A stretch of DNA of 46,205 bases from Octopus bimaculoides (taxonomy: Eukaryota): assembly GCF_001194135.2 (NCBI RefSeq), contig NC_068982.1:191605522-191651726 (forward strand), read 5' to 3'. The notes beneath the pieces were generated by a model. It was not told the DNA's origin. It saw only the letters and a program-made list of their open reading frames with translations, and did not search any database. Shown here one piece after another: positions 10,888 through 23,731 of this stretch. Every line of letters starts with the position of its first letter. Positions within the stretch are counted from its first letter, which is position 1. The position numbers and the translations under genes were made by a program.

Positions 10888-12825
10888 TTAGCCCAGTCAC
10901 TATTGAATTCCAAAGATAATAAGTGACAATAGGCAGAAATAAACAACCAGGTAGATAGGTGAAAATAGGTAAATAGGAGATGAGTCACTAGGTAAACAGA
11001 CAGGTAAGGTGTGTGATTGTGTTTTGTTAAAGTGTTATTGATCAATTTTTCTGACTGGTGAGGCAGGAATGGAAATGACACATGTCATTTGAAAGTAACA
11101 ATTGAGTTTATTGATTTGAAGAAATCTTTTCAAGTGCAGGATTGAAACCATGGTAACTGAGATTGTGTGTGTATGTGTGTGTATTTTCAACCAGATTATC
11201 ACAAGTTGTTATCCCTCACTGGTCACAATGCCCTTCTATTTTTCCATTGATTGTGCCCTTCTCTTCCATTTGCTCCAAAACCATTTCTTCATATCATCTT
11301 CTCATTGTCTTGGAGGTTTTCTGAATGGTCTCTCACAGTTTCGTGGATAAAACTCAACAACTGCTGCATCTGTTGTCTCTGAGTCTTTTCACATATCCAA
11401 CCCAGTGGAACTTTTTCCCATCTGTGATTACATTGTTCACTCCAGGCAGGATGATAACATTGAAGACATTGACATACAAGAGCTTGTCCATCTGTGATTT
11501 GAAGCTGCCTTTAATCAAGGCTAATGTCTTTAATTTTCTTCTTAATTCAAGATTTCAGCTTTCAATGTCTGGCCATATATTTACCCTTTCTCTCTCAAAT
11601 AGACCCCCTCCTTCATCTCGTATTCATTACTTCTGCCATCATTTACCATTGTTTTTCATTTGTACACCATATCTATTATGTTTATTTGCAGTTTATTTTG
11701 CAGCTGAATTCTCAATGTCTAACTCCATCAGTTACTCTGACATTTCTGTGATGGACACAATTGTTGTCTGTGAATCAAAAGTGTGTTCATAGCTTGATGC
11801 TGACTCCACCATTTCAATCATTGATGACCATTTCATGACATACAGTGAGGGCTGATCTCAAGAGGCTGAGCCTCAAGGAGGAAATGACAAAAAACTGTGA
11901 TGACTTGTGGTTCATCGTGTTTGAAAGGACCTGTTTTTTTGTGGCAAAACTGAGGTTTTTGTTTATACCTGTACATAGTGGGTTCTGTTCCTACATCCAA
12001 TCTTCCCTGTTATGCATTCCCTCATCCTCCTAACACCCATCCCTCCTTCACTCTTCTAACTATGGCACTACTTAGCTGCTGTAATTATTTGAGAACAAAA
12101 CTGGTACATATTTCGTCCCCACTTATGTCCCACTTGCTTCCTTTTGGAACCATTTCCTATCAATGCACGTCACTCTTTCTCATCGTTTCCTAACCAGTTT
12201 CCCACCAATTACCTTCTTTTTGTGCCTTCAACTATGTCTCTCTGTTTCCCTCTCACCTCCATCTTAGGTCTGCCATACTTTATCTGAAATAGCTCTCATG
12301 TTTGCAGCCATTCTCAATGCCCTTTTGTGTCTGACATCAATACCCTCCCTCCACCTCACTGTTGTCACTCCACTCATTAGATCCCACATCCACCCACCTT
12401 ATGTACCTCTCACTTCCATCTCTGCCACTGTTCGTCTCCCTCTTACACACACGTTGCTACTCATCACTTCCTTTTTCCTGACCTAATTCTCTCTTTCCCC
12501 TGCCCCCCCCCTGCTACCTGCCTCCATACTGATATTTCTCACCACCCACTCCACCCCACCCACCCTTCCTACCAATCCACTGAACATACCCTTATCCTCC
12601 CCTCCTTATTTCTTAACAAACTGTTTTTCCACCCCCATCACTACCCTCTTNNNNNNNNNNNNNNNNNNNNNNNNNNNNNNNNNNNNNNNNNNNNNNNNNN
12701 NNNNNNNNNNNNNNNNNNNNNNNNNNNNNNNNNNNNNNNNNNNNNNNNNNNNNNNNNNNNNNNNNNNNNNNNNNNNNNNNNNNNNNNNNNNNNNNNNNNN
12801 NNNNNNNNNNNNNNNNNNNNNNNNN

Positions 12826-13050
12826 TGCAGGTTACTTGGTAACCTCACTTGCACAGGGGCCTTGTAAAAAGCAGCCAGTACACTCTTTGAAGTGGTTGGC
12901 ATTTGGAAGGGCATTCACCAGTTGAAATGATGTCAAAGCAGACACTGGATCTTGGTGCATTCCTCTGACTTGTTGGATCCAATCATGCTTCCCATCATCA
13001 TCATCATCATCATCACCATCATTGATTATGATGACAATGATGATGATGAT
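12826..13050 (+). mobile_element. RTE family A 3' UTR fragment
   Basis: Contains aaaaagcagccagtacactc...gtggttggcatttggaagggcatt. The ATC/ATG-repeat run at its end follows an N gap. Confidence 0.6.
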
Positions 13051-14138
13051 ATATGTATGGAGCAAAAAAAAAAATCATTTGCCATTAGTGTTTCTGGTAA
13101 TTTTTTGCAACAGACCTGAATCTCTCAACTTCACATTTCCACTTTTCCAATATATTCAGGTGAATCGTTGGAATCCAGTATTTTTTTTCCTCTCTTAAAT
13201 TCTTATAAGAAAAAGGAACTTTGTCATTTCTGTAGAAAATAGAAAGATTTTACCTTTTGTCTGAATGTTGTTGTAACGAACTGGACTGAATCTAAATCTG
13301 TTTCTTAATAGTAATAAATATATTTTAACTAAATATATTTATCACAAGTGATAAATATATTTCACCTCAATACATTTATCACATGTGATAACCCCATTCA
13401 TTCATTCTCCCCCCACCCCCACCCCCACATGCTATATTTGGGTCAATAATCTATCCCATAGCCTGACCTCTTTTTATTTTCTTTCGTTTTCTCTCTGCAG
13501 CACATTATCTCTATCATTCTCTCATCCTATTATTCTGTTATTCTTTAACATTTGTTCACTGTTTATTTATTCATAGCTATTATATATTTATTAACAAACT
13601 AACTTCCTGCCTCATAAACGACAACCTCATTTTAAATGCATCTTCTATGCACATTCCGCACGTATCAACTAATATCGAGGGATCTAGCTTTTTTTTTGTT
13701 GTTGTTGTTGTTGCTGCCATTGCTTCCTTCTTTCTTTCTTTCTTTGTTATTAGTTTTCCAATGACAAATGACCTTAGCACTCGCCTGCATTGGATTCTTC
13801 CTTAATCCACTGACCATGTTCTGTAGCTGCCCCTTGCTGTTACTATTCCCACACTGAAGGCCTCTCCACCCAAAATCTATTGGCTGCTAATACTGACTAA
13901 TCTTTGTTAAAGCCATATGTTTGACTCTCATAAATCAATCTTTATTTGCTGTGGTATTCTGTAGGCTTATCTGCCGCAATATTACCATAATCTACAGTGC
14001 CATAAGATGGTCAAGTATGGAACACTTTAACAGACATAGCCTCACTCCCCAACATCAATCAACTTGCTTCTCAAAGCTTCAGCAGCGACAAAAACAACAA
14101 CAACTACTACTAGTCCTCCTCCTCCTACTACTACAGTA

Positions 14139-14217
14139 ATGTCCATAACGAGTCTGTGGAACATGGGTAAAAGAAAAATGTATAAATTTCAGCGCTCCAG
14201 GAGTTATTTACAAAATG
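14139..14217 (+). CDS. ANO8: Probable start-codon exon of ANO8 (MSITSLWNMGKRKMYKFQRSRSYLQN + 1 nt)
   Basis: ATG at 14139, then 26 codons + G and a perfect G|GTAAGT donor at 14218. Phase 1 matches the acceptor at 22191 (G+CT=Ala, giving ...YLQNAYRVFGKRLL). A pyrimidine-rich ...ctactacAG acceptor ends at 14136. Homology of this peptide was not verified. Confidence 0.6.
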
Positions 14218-14504
14218 GTAAGTTCCAGATATTTCATCTTTTCCTGTGTGTTTTTCTTTCCCCACCGAGAATTCTGTGTCCAGCTATTTCCTAAACACCT
14301 ACATGCATACACTTACATATATACACATGCATACATACATATATGCACACACAAGCATACACACATACATATATACACTTACACAAGAATATATCTATAC
14401 ACACACACAAGCACAAATACACACACATGTACAGACAAGAGACCATGGTGCATTGTGACCCCAGCACTGGAGGGGTCACCCCCGTCTTATCTTTTATCTT
14501 TTGC

Positions 14505-15115
14505 TTGTTTCAGTTATGAGACTGTGCCCATGCTGGGGCACCATGTCAAAGAAGTTTTAGTCAAATAAACTGACCCCAGAACTTATTCTCTTTTAAACCC
14601 TGCTACTTATTCTGTCAGTGTCTTTTGCTGAACTGCTAGGTTATGGGGAGGTAAACACACCAACACCTTTTTCCAAGTGATGGTTGGGAACAAACACAGA
14701 CTCAAAGACACACACCCACACCCACACCCACATGTTCTTTTACATGTTTCAGTCATTTGATTGCAGCCATGCTGGAGCATCGCCTTTAGCCAAGCAAATC
14801 GACCCCAGGACTTATTCTTTGTAAGCCTAGTGCTTATTCTATCGGTTGCTTTTGCTGAACTGTTAAGTTATGGGGATGTAAACACACCAGCATCGGTTGT
14901 CAGGCGATAGTAGGTGGGGGGGGACAAACATAAACACACAAATATATGCATATATATGACGAGCTTCTTTCAGTTTCCGTCTACCAAATCCACTCTCACG
15001 GCTTTGGTTGGCCCGAGGCTATAGTAGAAGACAGTTGCCCAAGGTGCCACACAGTAGAACTGAACCTGAAACCATGTGGTTGGGAAGCAAGCTACTTACC
15101 ACACAGCCACTCCTG
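14505..15115 (-). mobile_element. Two tandem SINE family C copies (partial 14505-14720, near-full 14745-15115)
   Basis: Both share ccatgctgg(g)gca...gacccc...acttattc...gctgaactg...aaacacacca. The second includes the tRNA-like head (reverse complement ggctgtgtggtaag...ggttcagttc). Confidence 0.8.
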
Positions 15116-15564
15116 TACACTGGAAGCTTAAAGAATTTTAATTACTCCGTTTTTTAAGGATCAATGGCTGAGTGAATGATAGTATGGCGGGGGGTGGGGG
15201 GAGGTATCTGCTTGAACAGATTTATGCAATGAGTGTATGTCTGGTGTTGTGTGTAGAACAACTGAAGTATTCAATACATCTCTGCAGGGAAGTGAGCTGT
15301 GCAGAGAAGGGACGTCCACTTGTAGTAAAAGCTCCACCCACAACTCTGACATCTGGGTGATACCTTGGTGTGAAATCAATGGTATTACTGCTCAAATATA
15401 AAATCGTAACACACACGCACACACACACATATCCATCCATACGTTCGAACTCAGACATTCTGCTTTTGAACCTGCAGTATCAGCTCTCCATCAAGGGAGA
15501 CAACTGCAGGTGAATAATTAAAATACGAATATATTCATACATATATACTTATATACATTCATAC

Positions 15565-15567
<3 letters not shown>

Positions 15568-15636
<69 letters not shown>
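15568..15636. repeat. (CA)n microsatellite
   Basis: Long pure CA run. Confidence 0.95.
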
Positions 15637-15638
<2 letters not shown>

Positions 15639-15779
15639 TAAGACAGGCCTACATAAATATATGCATTCATTCATTTGTTTGTTTATTTAACTTTCGTATT
15701 TCCATGCTAGTATGGGTTGAACGTAATTGTTTATATCTGTGTGTGTGAATCAGTGTGGGAGAGGAGAGGCATTAGGGCC

Positions 15780-16370
15780 ACCAAGTTGAATGTGTCTCAA
15801 GCAGTTGTATTCCCCATGCTACACCTATAAAAGACTTGGACAGTTTACAAATGTCACCACAAAGAAGCTAAACCTCTTCCCCCATGAACTGCCTGAGAAA
15901 GATGATGAAAGTCACCTGGCCAGACAAGGTCCTAGAGATCCTCTCTTGAGCTGATCTGCCAAGCATTTTACACATTGCTGAGGAGAGCACAAATCAGGTG
16001 GTCAAGCTATTTTGTCCGAATGCCTGACACAATGTAGACTGATAAAAATTACTTNNNNNNNNNNNNNNNNNNNNNNNNNNNNNNNNNNNNNNNNNNNNNN
16101 NNNNNNNNNNNNNNNNNNNNNNNNNNNNNNNNNNNNNNNNNNNNNNNNNNNNNNNNNNNNNNNNNNNNNNNNNNNAAATGTCACCTCCTACGAAAAGAAC
16201 AAGATTTCAGGGGCACAAAAAAAAAGAAAAACACAAACTAATGCAAGTCCAGAGCCAACACCTTGCCTTCAGTCCCAATAGACTGTCAGTGCCCAACCCC
16301 AACCTGTGGCAGAAGCTTCCAAGCACGTATTAAACTGACTGGCCACAACCGGACACCCTATGCCCTACCC
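15780..16370 (+). mobile_element. Decayed BovB-like RTE ORF2 C-terminus spanning an N gap
   Basis: Reads AVVFPM..KTWTVYK..NCLRKMMKVTWPDKV before the gap and a C2H2-like CPTPTCGRSFQARIKLTGHNRT after it. Confidence 0.65.
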
Positions 16371-16819
16371 TCTTTCCTTATGTGATGTTCTTGGTCATTG
16401 TCAACAATGACAGACAAACTAATAATGATAATAATAATAATAATAATAATAATAGGTATATATCTCGTTCTTTGAACTGCAGAACAACCAACTCATTGAA
16501 TCATCATCCAAAGTGGGTGAGTAACATCTACTCTTAACATAATTCTCAAATAGAATCAATATGACACTGTCCATAAGATGGCTGGATGTTTGAATTACAG
16601 GAAATGTCATTCCACAGGCTTCGGCACAGTTTCTTCTCTGTACTTTTGTCTATAGGTTTGAGTTAACTCACGTCTACAGTAAAAGTATTCTTCCAAGGTG
16701 CCTCACTGTAAGATTGAACCATCAATCCCAGAATCACAAAGTGGACTTCTTAACCACTTGGCCACATACGTCCAGGGTCCTTAGGGACTACCTGAACTCC
16801 TTCAGTACCAGGCCACTTT

Positions 16820-17130
16820 CCAGGATTATGGGTTACCATTGGTTGGATTTCATATCCAACCAACAACTCGATTCATAAACTCGGATGTGACCTGTTACTC
16901 GTACGATTCAGGAATGTCAGCTCAGACTGTTTGGTCATGTTGTTCGATTTCCCAAGTCAGACCCTGCTTACCATGCCCTCTTCACTGAGGATCTGGCTGG
17001 GTTGATGGCTGGTGGTGGTCGACCACTGTCACCTGGTCATGATAAATAAGGAAGTGTCTCAGAAATAGGGACTGACTGGGACTCTGCTCAACGGGTCACC
17101 CAGGAGGGCCCAGGAATATACTAACAAATG
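16820..17130 (+). mobile_element. Decayed RTE ORF2 C-terminus (distinct family)
   Basis: Reads GYHWLDFISNQQ...QECQLRLFGHVVRFPKSDPAYHAL...GGRP. Confidence 0.75.
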
Positions 17131-17298
17131 AAGGATGCAGCAATGTGCTACAACGGTGCATGCCTCCCCCACCTCAACACACACACACACCAACCCGACC
17201 TGTCACATGTGTATCACTTTCAGGATTAGTTTTTAAGTCTTTTTCAAGATTACTACAAGATTTCCAACTGAGATTACCATCAATCCATCAATAATGTC

Positions 17299-17302
<4 letters not shown>

Positions 17303-17357
<55 letters not shown>

Positions 17358-17380
17358 CATCATCATCGTTTAACATCCGC
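17303..17380. repeat. (TA)n microsatellite joined to an RTE family A (CAT)n tail stub
   Basis: A long TA run is followed by catcatcatcatcatcgtttaacatccgct. Confidence 0.85.
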
Positions 17381-18492
17381 TGCTATGGTTTTGGGTTAGA
17401 AACATTTTCTCTCTATTCTCTTGGCATGAAGTCAAAATCGATATTAGTTGCAACTAAATTCTGAAATATTTGATATAAATAATTAAGCAGGTAATCATCA
17501 GAGATAATGAGGTGATTAATTGTCTCTCAGTTTATCACAAGACCAAACATTTGGAAGGGAATGGTTTGGTCAGTTGAATCAAAAACCCCAGTATATGACT
17601 GGGATTTGCTTTATGAATACTGGAGGAATGCAAATCAACCTTGAAGAGAGAGAGAATCTAGGGGCCAGCAGTTTTGAAAGGTTTTCTCCATGAACCCCAG
17701 GGCTCAGCTGGTATTTATTTCTTTGACCCCGAAAGGATGAAAGGCAAAGTTGACTTTGGAGGGATTTGAACTCAGAAGATAAATGGCCGGAACCAATATT
17801 TTAATGGTTTTTCCAATCTACCTTGCTAATAATAATAATAATAATAACTAGTATAGGCACAAAGCCTGGAACTTTGGGGGAGGGGGGACAAGTCGATTAC
17901 ACCAACCCCAGTGCTCAACAGGTACTTATTTTATTGACCCCAAAAGAATGTCAAGCATAGTCAACCGCAGTGAGATTTGAACTTGGAATGTAAAGATAGA
18001 TGAAATGCCACCTAGCATTTCGTCAGGTGTGCTAACGATTTTTAATAAAGGTGCAAGGTTAGAGTGAGTTGGAACTTTAAAAAGTAAATGTCACATTAGA
18101 CACTTTTAAAAGACTGGATGGCCATGGCTGGAACATCTTTGGTTATTGGTCTGCTGGATCAGGACTCATTTAGGGCTAAACAACAACAAGGGTCACTGTA
18201 GAGACCCAGAGACAGGCTCTGTACTGTTGACCCTTCCAGGCGGGATTTTAACTTGTTTGTGTTTCAGCTACTGGCAATTCCAGTTATATATTTATTCTGG
18301 AGAGTTCCTTTAATTAAACATTGTTGGTGATTAAAATTCTTAGGTAATTAACCTCATTTGCAAATTAGATAATAAACTACACCATTTCCCTAGATTGTCA
18401 TTTGTGAAGTATTGTCACACTGATGTGTCGATTAGTATAATGGAAGAAGAAGAAGAAAACCATTTTTCTTTCTTTTCAGTACATTTAGTGTA

Positions 18493-18910
18493 CATCATCA
18501 TCATCATTGTTTAATGTCCGCTTTCTATGCTGGCATGGGTTGGAAGGTTTGACTGAGGACTGGCGAGCCAGAAGGCTGCACCAGTCTCCAATCTGATCTG
18601 GAAAAGTTTCTCTAGCTGGATGCCCTTCCTAATGCCAGCCACTCCGAGAATGTAGTGGGTGCTTTTTACGTGCCACCTGCACCAGAGCCAGTCTGGCAGC
18701 ACTGGCAACAACCACGCTCAAATGGTCCTTTTTTTATGTGCCACCAGCATGGGAGCCAGTCAGCGGCCCTGGCAACGATCACACTAGAATGGTGCTTTTA
18801 ATGTTCCACTAGCACAGGTGCCAATCAGGCAGTACTGTCATCAGCCACAACAGCGATTTCATTTGCCTCAACAGGTCTTCGCAAGCATAGTGAAGACCTG
18901 TTGAGGCAAG
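18493..18910 (-). mobile_element. RTE family A 3' end with an 18-bp inversion at its 5' junction
   Basis: Family A 3' UTR sequence. 18863-18880 is the reverse complement of 18892-18909. Confidence 0.85.
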
Positions 18911-21900
18911 ATAATTTATATATGCTCCAGTATGACCAGAACATATATTTTTATTAATACACATTACCACAACAATCATTTGACTTATTCTCTTTGATGG
19001 TTTTAAATTCTCTGTAACACTTTTGATACCAATCCCTCTTCAGCTTGCTCTTGCTCTGTTGATACAAATTTTCTGTTTTAAAATTATCTAAATTTCAAAC
19101 CTTCCCTCAAATCCCATGCTAATTTATCTTCCAAACATCAGCCTAATAACGACTTATTTTACTAAATTTTTCATTATTTTCAAAATTAATTGAAACCTAG
19201 GCAGAATATTTTGACAGAAATCTGGAAACAAAAGAGTTGAAATGATCAGAATTAAACTTTCCATCAAAATTTCCGGCTAATTTATGTTCCAAACCCCAGC
19301 TAAATAATGATAAAATAATTTTACTAAATTCTCTATTATTTTCAAAATTAATCAAAACATCATGTATTTCATTAGAAATGTGCTTAAAAAAAGATGTCCT
19401 TCAGTCCCTGAAGCATGGTCAATGCCTCCTGTCAGTTACTTTCACAAACTCATATCTTCTAAACTTGTCCAGGCTGTGGTCAGTCATGTTATCAAACATT
19501 GGACACTGCCAGACTATAATCTTCTGCTATAGCAAACTATCAGCCTCTTTTAATTCTGTGTATAATCCTCTATAAGAATATTACTAACTTATTCCCCATT
19601 TTAACCCACCACTATGGGGCCAGCAGTCTGTTGACCCTACATAATTCTATACTTGGGACTAATAGCCTACCAACCTTTTATAATCGTACATTAGGGGAGT
19701 TAATTTTCTTAGAGTTTGTGTTTGTGTGTGTGTTCTTGTGCGTATGTTTTTGTGTGTGTGTGTGACTATATGCTATACTAGTGTGTATATTACTCATCAT
19801 GGCAGTCATAGAAACATACTTTTGTCACCATGACTAACATCAGGAAACATGGCACACATGCGATTATTCTAATTTAGCTCTCGTCAAAATTCTTTTGGTG
19901 CTTATACAAAATTATGAAATAATAAATTACTAATTTTCAAAAGGAAAAAAATGTATTTCCTTAAAACTTACTGTATTTAATGGTTGAAAAGACACAAAAG
20001 ACAGATGGGCATCTTTAATGTTCCCCAATTTCAGCAGCACATCTTCAGGAAAAACGGTTTTTAGTGTATTAACCCGTTACCATTTAAATTGACCAGATCA
20101 GACCCAAATATTTTGTGTTTGAACTGGTCTCTTACAATGTCATTCTAAAAACAATCCTATCATCAAAATCTCAAAAGCTTTGAGATAATGTAGGATTAAT
20201 TCAAAATTATGTGAATAAAAAGACCTTGCATTTGAGAGAGTAATCTGAATGCTGAAGGGTTGAAGCACGTTGGGAATTCAGCTTCTCGTAGACGATCTGG
20301 GCCGTTGGTTTTCAGATGGTTTTTTCTATAAAAAAAAGTGCACCTCATATATGCCACCGAATGTGCTAAATAAAACAAATTTCGTATTTATTTATTTGAA
20401 ACACAAATATATGCTTTTGTTTTTCCAAACTTTATCATGATTACAATTAACTTCATCTACAAAACTTCATTAAAAAATTTGTATTTTTCAGAAAATTATA
20501 AGACACTCATCCTGCACCTCTTGTGATTCTCTCTCTTTCTCTCTCTCTTTTCAATGTAAACCATGACTGGAGACCAACAAGCTAACTTTGTATATCAGCT
20601 ATTCTTCTATAGAGATTACGGATGTATTCTAACGTAGTATTCTTCAAACTCAATGCCATGCCATGTCATGCCAAAGTTGAAAATTCCGTAATTCCAGTGA
20701 TTGGAAAAATACTGAATGACAATTCTTTTGTTTTTCTTCTTTTCTGATTAATTGTGATACTTTGCTTTTATTCAAGACTTCAGTCTGAGGACATGAGACA
20801 GAGACCACACTGTAGTCATTCCAGTTGTCTTGGACTAAGGAATCCAAACAGTTATTGGTCAGCATCAGGTTACATTATCTGTTTTGATACCAACACATCT
20901 TGGACCATCCCTTGTCTCAGGTGGGTTGGTGTCAAAAGGGTTCCTTGACTCCAGATTCTTCTTTTAAAGGCATCTAAATTAAGATCTTCCAACATAATTT
21001 TATGTGAATTTATGTTCAAAACCCTTTCTTAATAATGCCAAAAGATATTTACTAAATTCTTCATTATTTTCAAAATTTATTGAGACAAACAGAGTATTCC
21101 AACAGAAATATGGTAACAAAAAGGTTAATCATTGTTTCTGGTTTTTGTTATCCATCTGGTGATATGAGGGAATGAGTTTTCTTTCGGTTTTATCAATCAT
21201 TTCTCTTTTTCAGTTCTATTTGCTCAAGAGCCATCACTTTGTTGATGGTGAAAATTTTGAAATCATTTGTCCTTTTAAAAGTCTACTTTTAATATGAAAA
21301 ATATTCAGTTTAAATACAAAATGTCTTTGAAAAAATGACAAAGTTATTTACTTTACGTCTGTTTTCATATAAAAAAAATAAAATAAGGGATTATATCAGG
21401 CTCTTTTTAATAGGGTACATTATTGAAACTTAGGTTGTCTCCTTGATAGAAAGATTAATAGATAATCTTTTAATATTATTTAAGTAAAAGAGCTGGCAAA
21501 GTTGTTAGAAATGCCAGGCAAAATGTGTAGTGGTGTTTCGTTCTTCTTTACATTCCGACATTAATATCTTTACGAGGGACCAAGAGTGGCCGTAAGAAGA
21601 ATCGAGGACAGCAGATATAGGGGGCAATTATGCAGATAAACAAATAAAATATAACAGTTTGGGTTTGTTATACAAAATGTATGTAAACATGGAAACTGAA
21701 GGAAAGGTTTGGTTATGCAACATGTTGTTATTTACCTACATGTGGTTGTTTGTAGGCTTCATGGTTTCAAAACCATGAAACCTATAGGCAACATGCTGCA
21801 TAATTGAACCAAGCAAAACTGGGTTTATTGAGCAAGGTACCTTTTGAAAAGTCACCTGATGAGGTACATTTACACTGAAGGATGCACCGTAATCAATTGT

Positions 21901-22190
21901 ATATCTTAGCTACAAGGAATTGGTCGAAATGATCTTTGTGATTAATAAAGAATCTGGTGAATTCATTTCTCTGTTTCTCTTAGCTGTTATGTGTGTGTAT
22001 GTGTCTGTGTATAAATATATCCTTTTCTACTCTAGGCACAAAGCCCGACATTTTGGGGGTTTTCTAAATTTTAATTTTAGAAAACTAAGCCTTGGCACTT
22101 CTCTTTGCTTTTCTCTAAATTCTTCTTTCCTTCCTTTCTCAATTATTGGCCATCATCATTTCTATTTCTTGTTTTTTTTTAAAAATCTAG

Positions 22191-22437
22191 CTTATCGAGT
22201 TTTCGGTAAACGTCTCCTGAGAACCAGCCAGTTTGTGGTATCCAGTCGAATATGGCTGCACACGATACCAACACGGAACTGCGATGTCCTGATGACATTC
22301 CCACCCAAAACGGAAGACGCCAAGTTGATGTGGGTCCTGAAACAGCTGAAGGAAAAGGCTCCACAGATTATTGTCCATGTTCGACATCATGCCAAAACGG
22401 AAGTCTTTGGGTTTTACATGACAGCTAGTTACCAAAG
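22191..22437 (+). CDS. ANO8: Anoctamin-8 coding exon (YRVFGKRLL...CDVLMTFP...FYMTASYQ)
   Basis: ctAG acceptor and AG|GTATGT donor. The peptide resembles the vertebrate ANO8 N-terminus (LFGKRLL...W...PTENCDVLMTFP...VRHH). Phase 1 to 2. Confidence 0.95.
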
Positions 22438-22654
22438 GTATGTAATTCCTCGTATTTGGTTCGTCTTGATTGATTTTTAGTTGTTGGACTGTGGCCATGC
22501 TGGGGCTCTGCCTTTGAAGGTTTCAGTCTGTCATATTGATCCACAACTCTTATTGTATCGGGTATCATGAAGGGATAAATTTGACAAAGGTTTAGACACA
22601 GAAACACACACACACACACACACACACACATTATGTGGAGTTTCTAGATATCAG

Positions 22655-22995
22655 GCTTGGCTGTGTGGTAAGAAGTTTTGCTTCCTAAGCACATGGTTCC
22701 AGGTTCAAACTTACTGCGTGGCACCTTTAGCAAGTGTCTTCTACTATAGCCTCAAACTAACCAAAGGCTTGTGAGTGGATTTGATAGATGGAAACTGAAA
22801 GAAGCCTGTCATATATTTGTGTATGTGTCTGTTCCCCACCACCACTTGACAACTGGTGTTGGTACATTTACATCCCTTTCACTTTTGCAATTTAGCAAAA
22901 GAAACCAATTAGAATAAGTACCAGGCTTAAGAAAATAAATGCTGGGCTTATGTGGTGCCCCAGCATGGCCGCAGTCTAATGATTGAAACAAGATC
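22655..22995 (+). mobile_element. Near full-length tRNA-derived SINE (family C)
   Basis: Head tggctgtgtggtaagaag...ggttcaaactt, body ggcacctttagcaagtgtcttctactatagcc, 3' end ccagcatggccgcagtctaatgattgaaac. Confidence 0.85.
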
Positions 22996-23495
22996 AGTGT
23001 TTAAAGTCATTTTACTTCCCAGACTCTTCTAATGCCATAGGAAAAAGCATGAACATCACACATTCCCCATGTTACCATTTCCCAATCTTTGCAAAATCAG
23101 AAGAGCAGGGGACTAGATACCTTTTGGTGTTTAATTAGGATTCTTTACATTCTGAGTTCAAATCCTGCTGAGATGAACTTTGCTTTTCATCCTTTGGAGG
23201 GGAAGAATGGGGGTCGATAAGCTACAGTACCAGTAAAATACTGGGGCCAATGTAATTGATTAGCCCCACCTCAAAATTTCAGACCTTGTGCCCATGTTAG
23301 AAACAATTATTATTATTGTTAGTAGTAGTAGTAGTAGTTCACAGAGATTATTTACTGCTAATAAACTTTATGTATATCAATAATAAAGCCCCATCCCCAG
23401 TAATTACTGGTATAAAACAGATGAGTAACATTTTATTTTATTGTTTGTTTTTATAATTTAAAAAAATTTAATGGTGTTGTTGTTGTTGTTGTTAG

Positions 23496-23731
23496 TTTGT
23501 TGAAAGGGGCCGAGAACCTGTGTATCCGCAAGTCCCTAAAACAAGATTATGGTGGTGGAATGAAAGAATTCACTTTTGAAGAACAAGACTTATTTGAAAA
23601 TATCCACAATGAAATGGAATTCTTCACAAGTCAAGAACGGCAAAGTATTGTTTATGGTATGCTGAATAATGTGCGCTCTACTGGACATGAACACATTCAT
23701 GATATTGTATTCCGAGAAGGACAAGCCATTA
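23496..23731 (+). CDS. ANO8: Anoctamin-8 coding exon (LLKGAENL...FFTSQERQSI...FREGQAI)
   Basis: ttAG acceptor and A|GTAAG donor. Contains the FFTSQERQSI motif typical of ANO8. Phase 2 to 1. Confidence 0.95.

Noticed and set aside
13580-13780. Minus-strand ORF MAATTTTTKKKLDPSILVDTCGMCIEDAFKMRLSFMRQE with a GTTAGT donor, as the first exon of a divergent gene (with possible exons at about 8945-9031 and 2000-2128)
   Set aside because: I recognise no homology. The N-terminus comes from (CAA)n and poly-A repeats, the surrounding base skew favours plus-strand intron, and the downstream candidate exons lack convincing donors or family motifs. A BLASTX or RNA-seq check could revive it.
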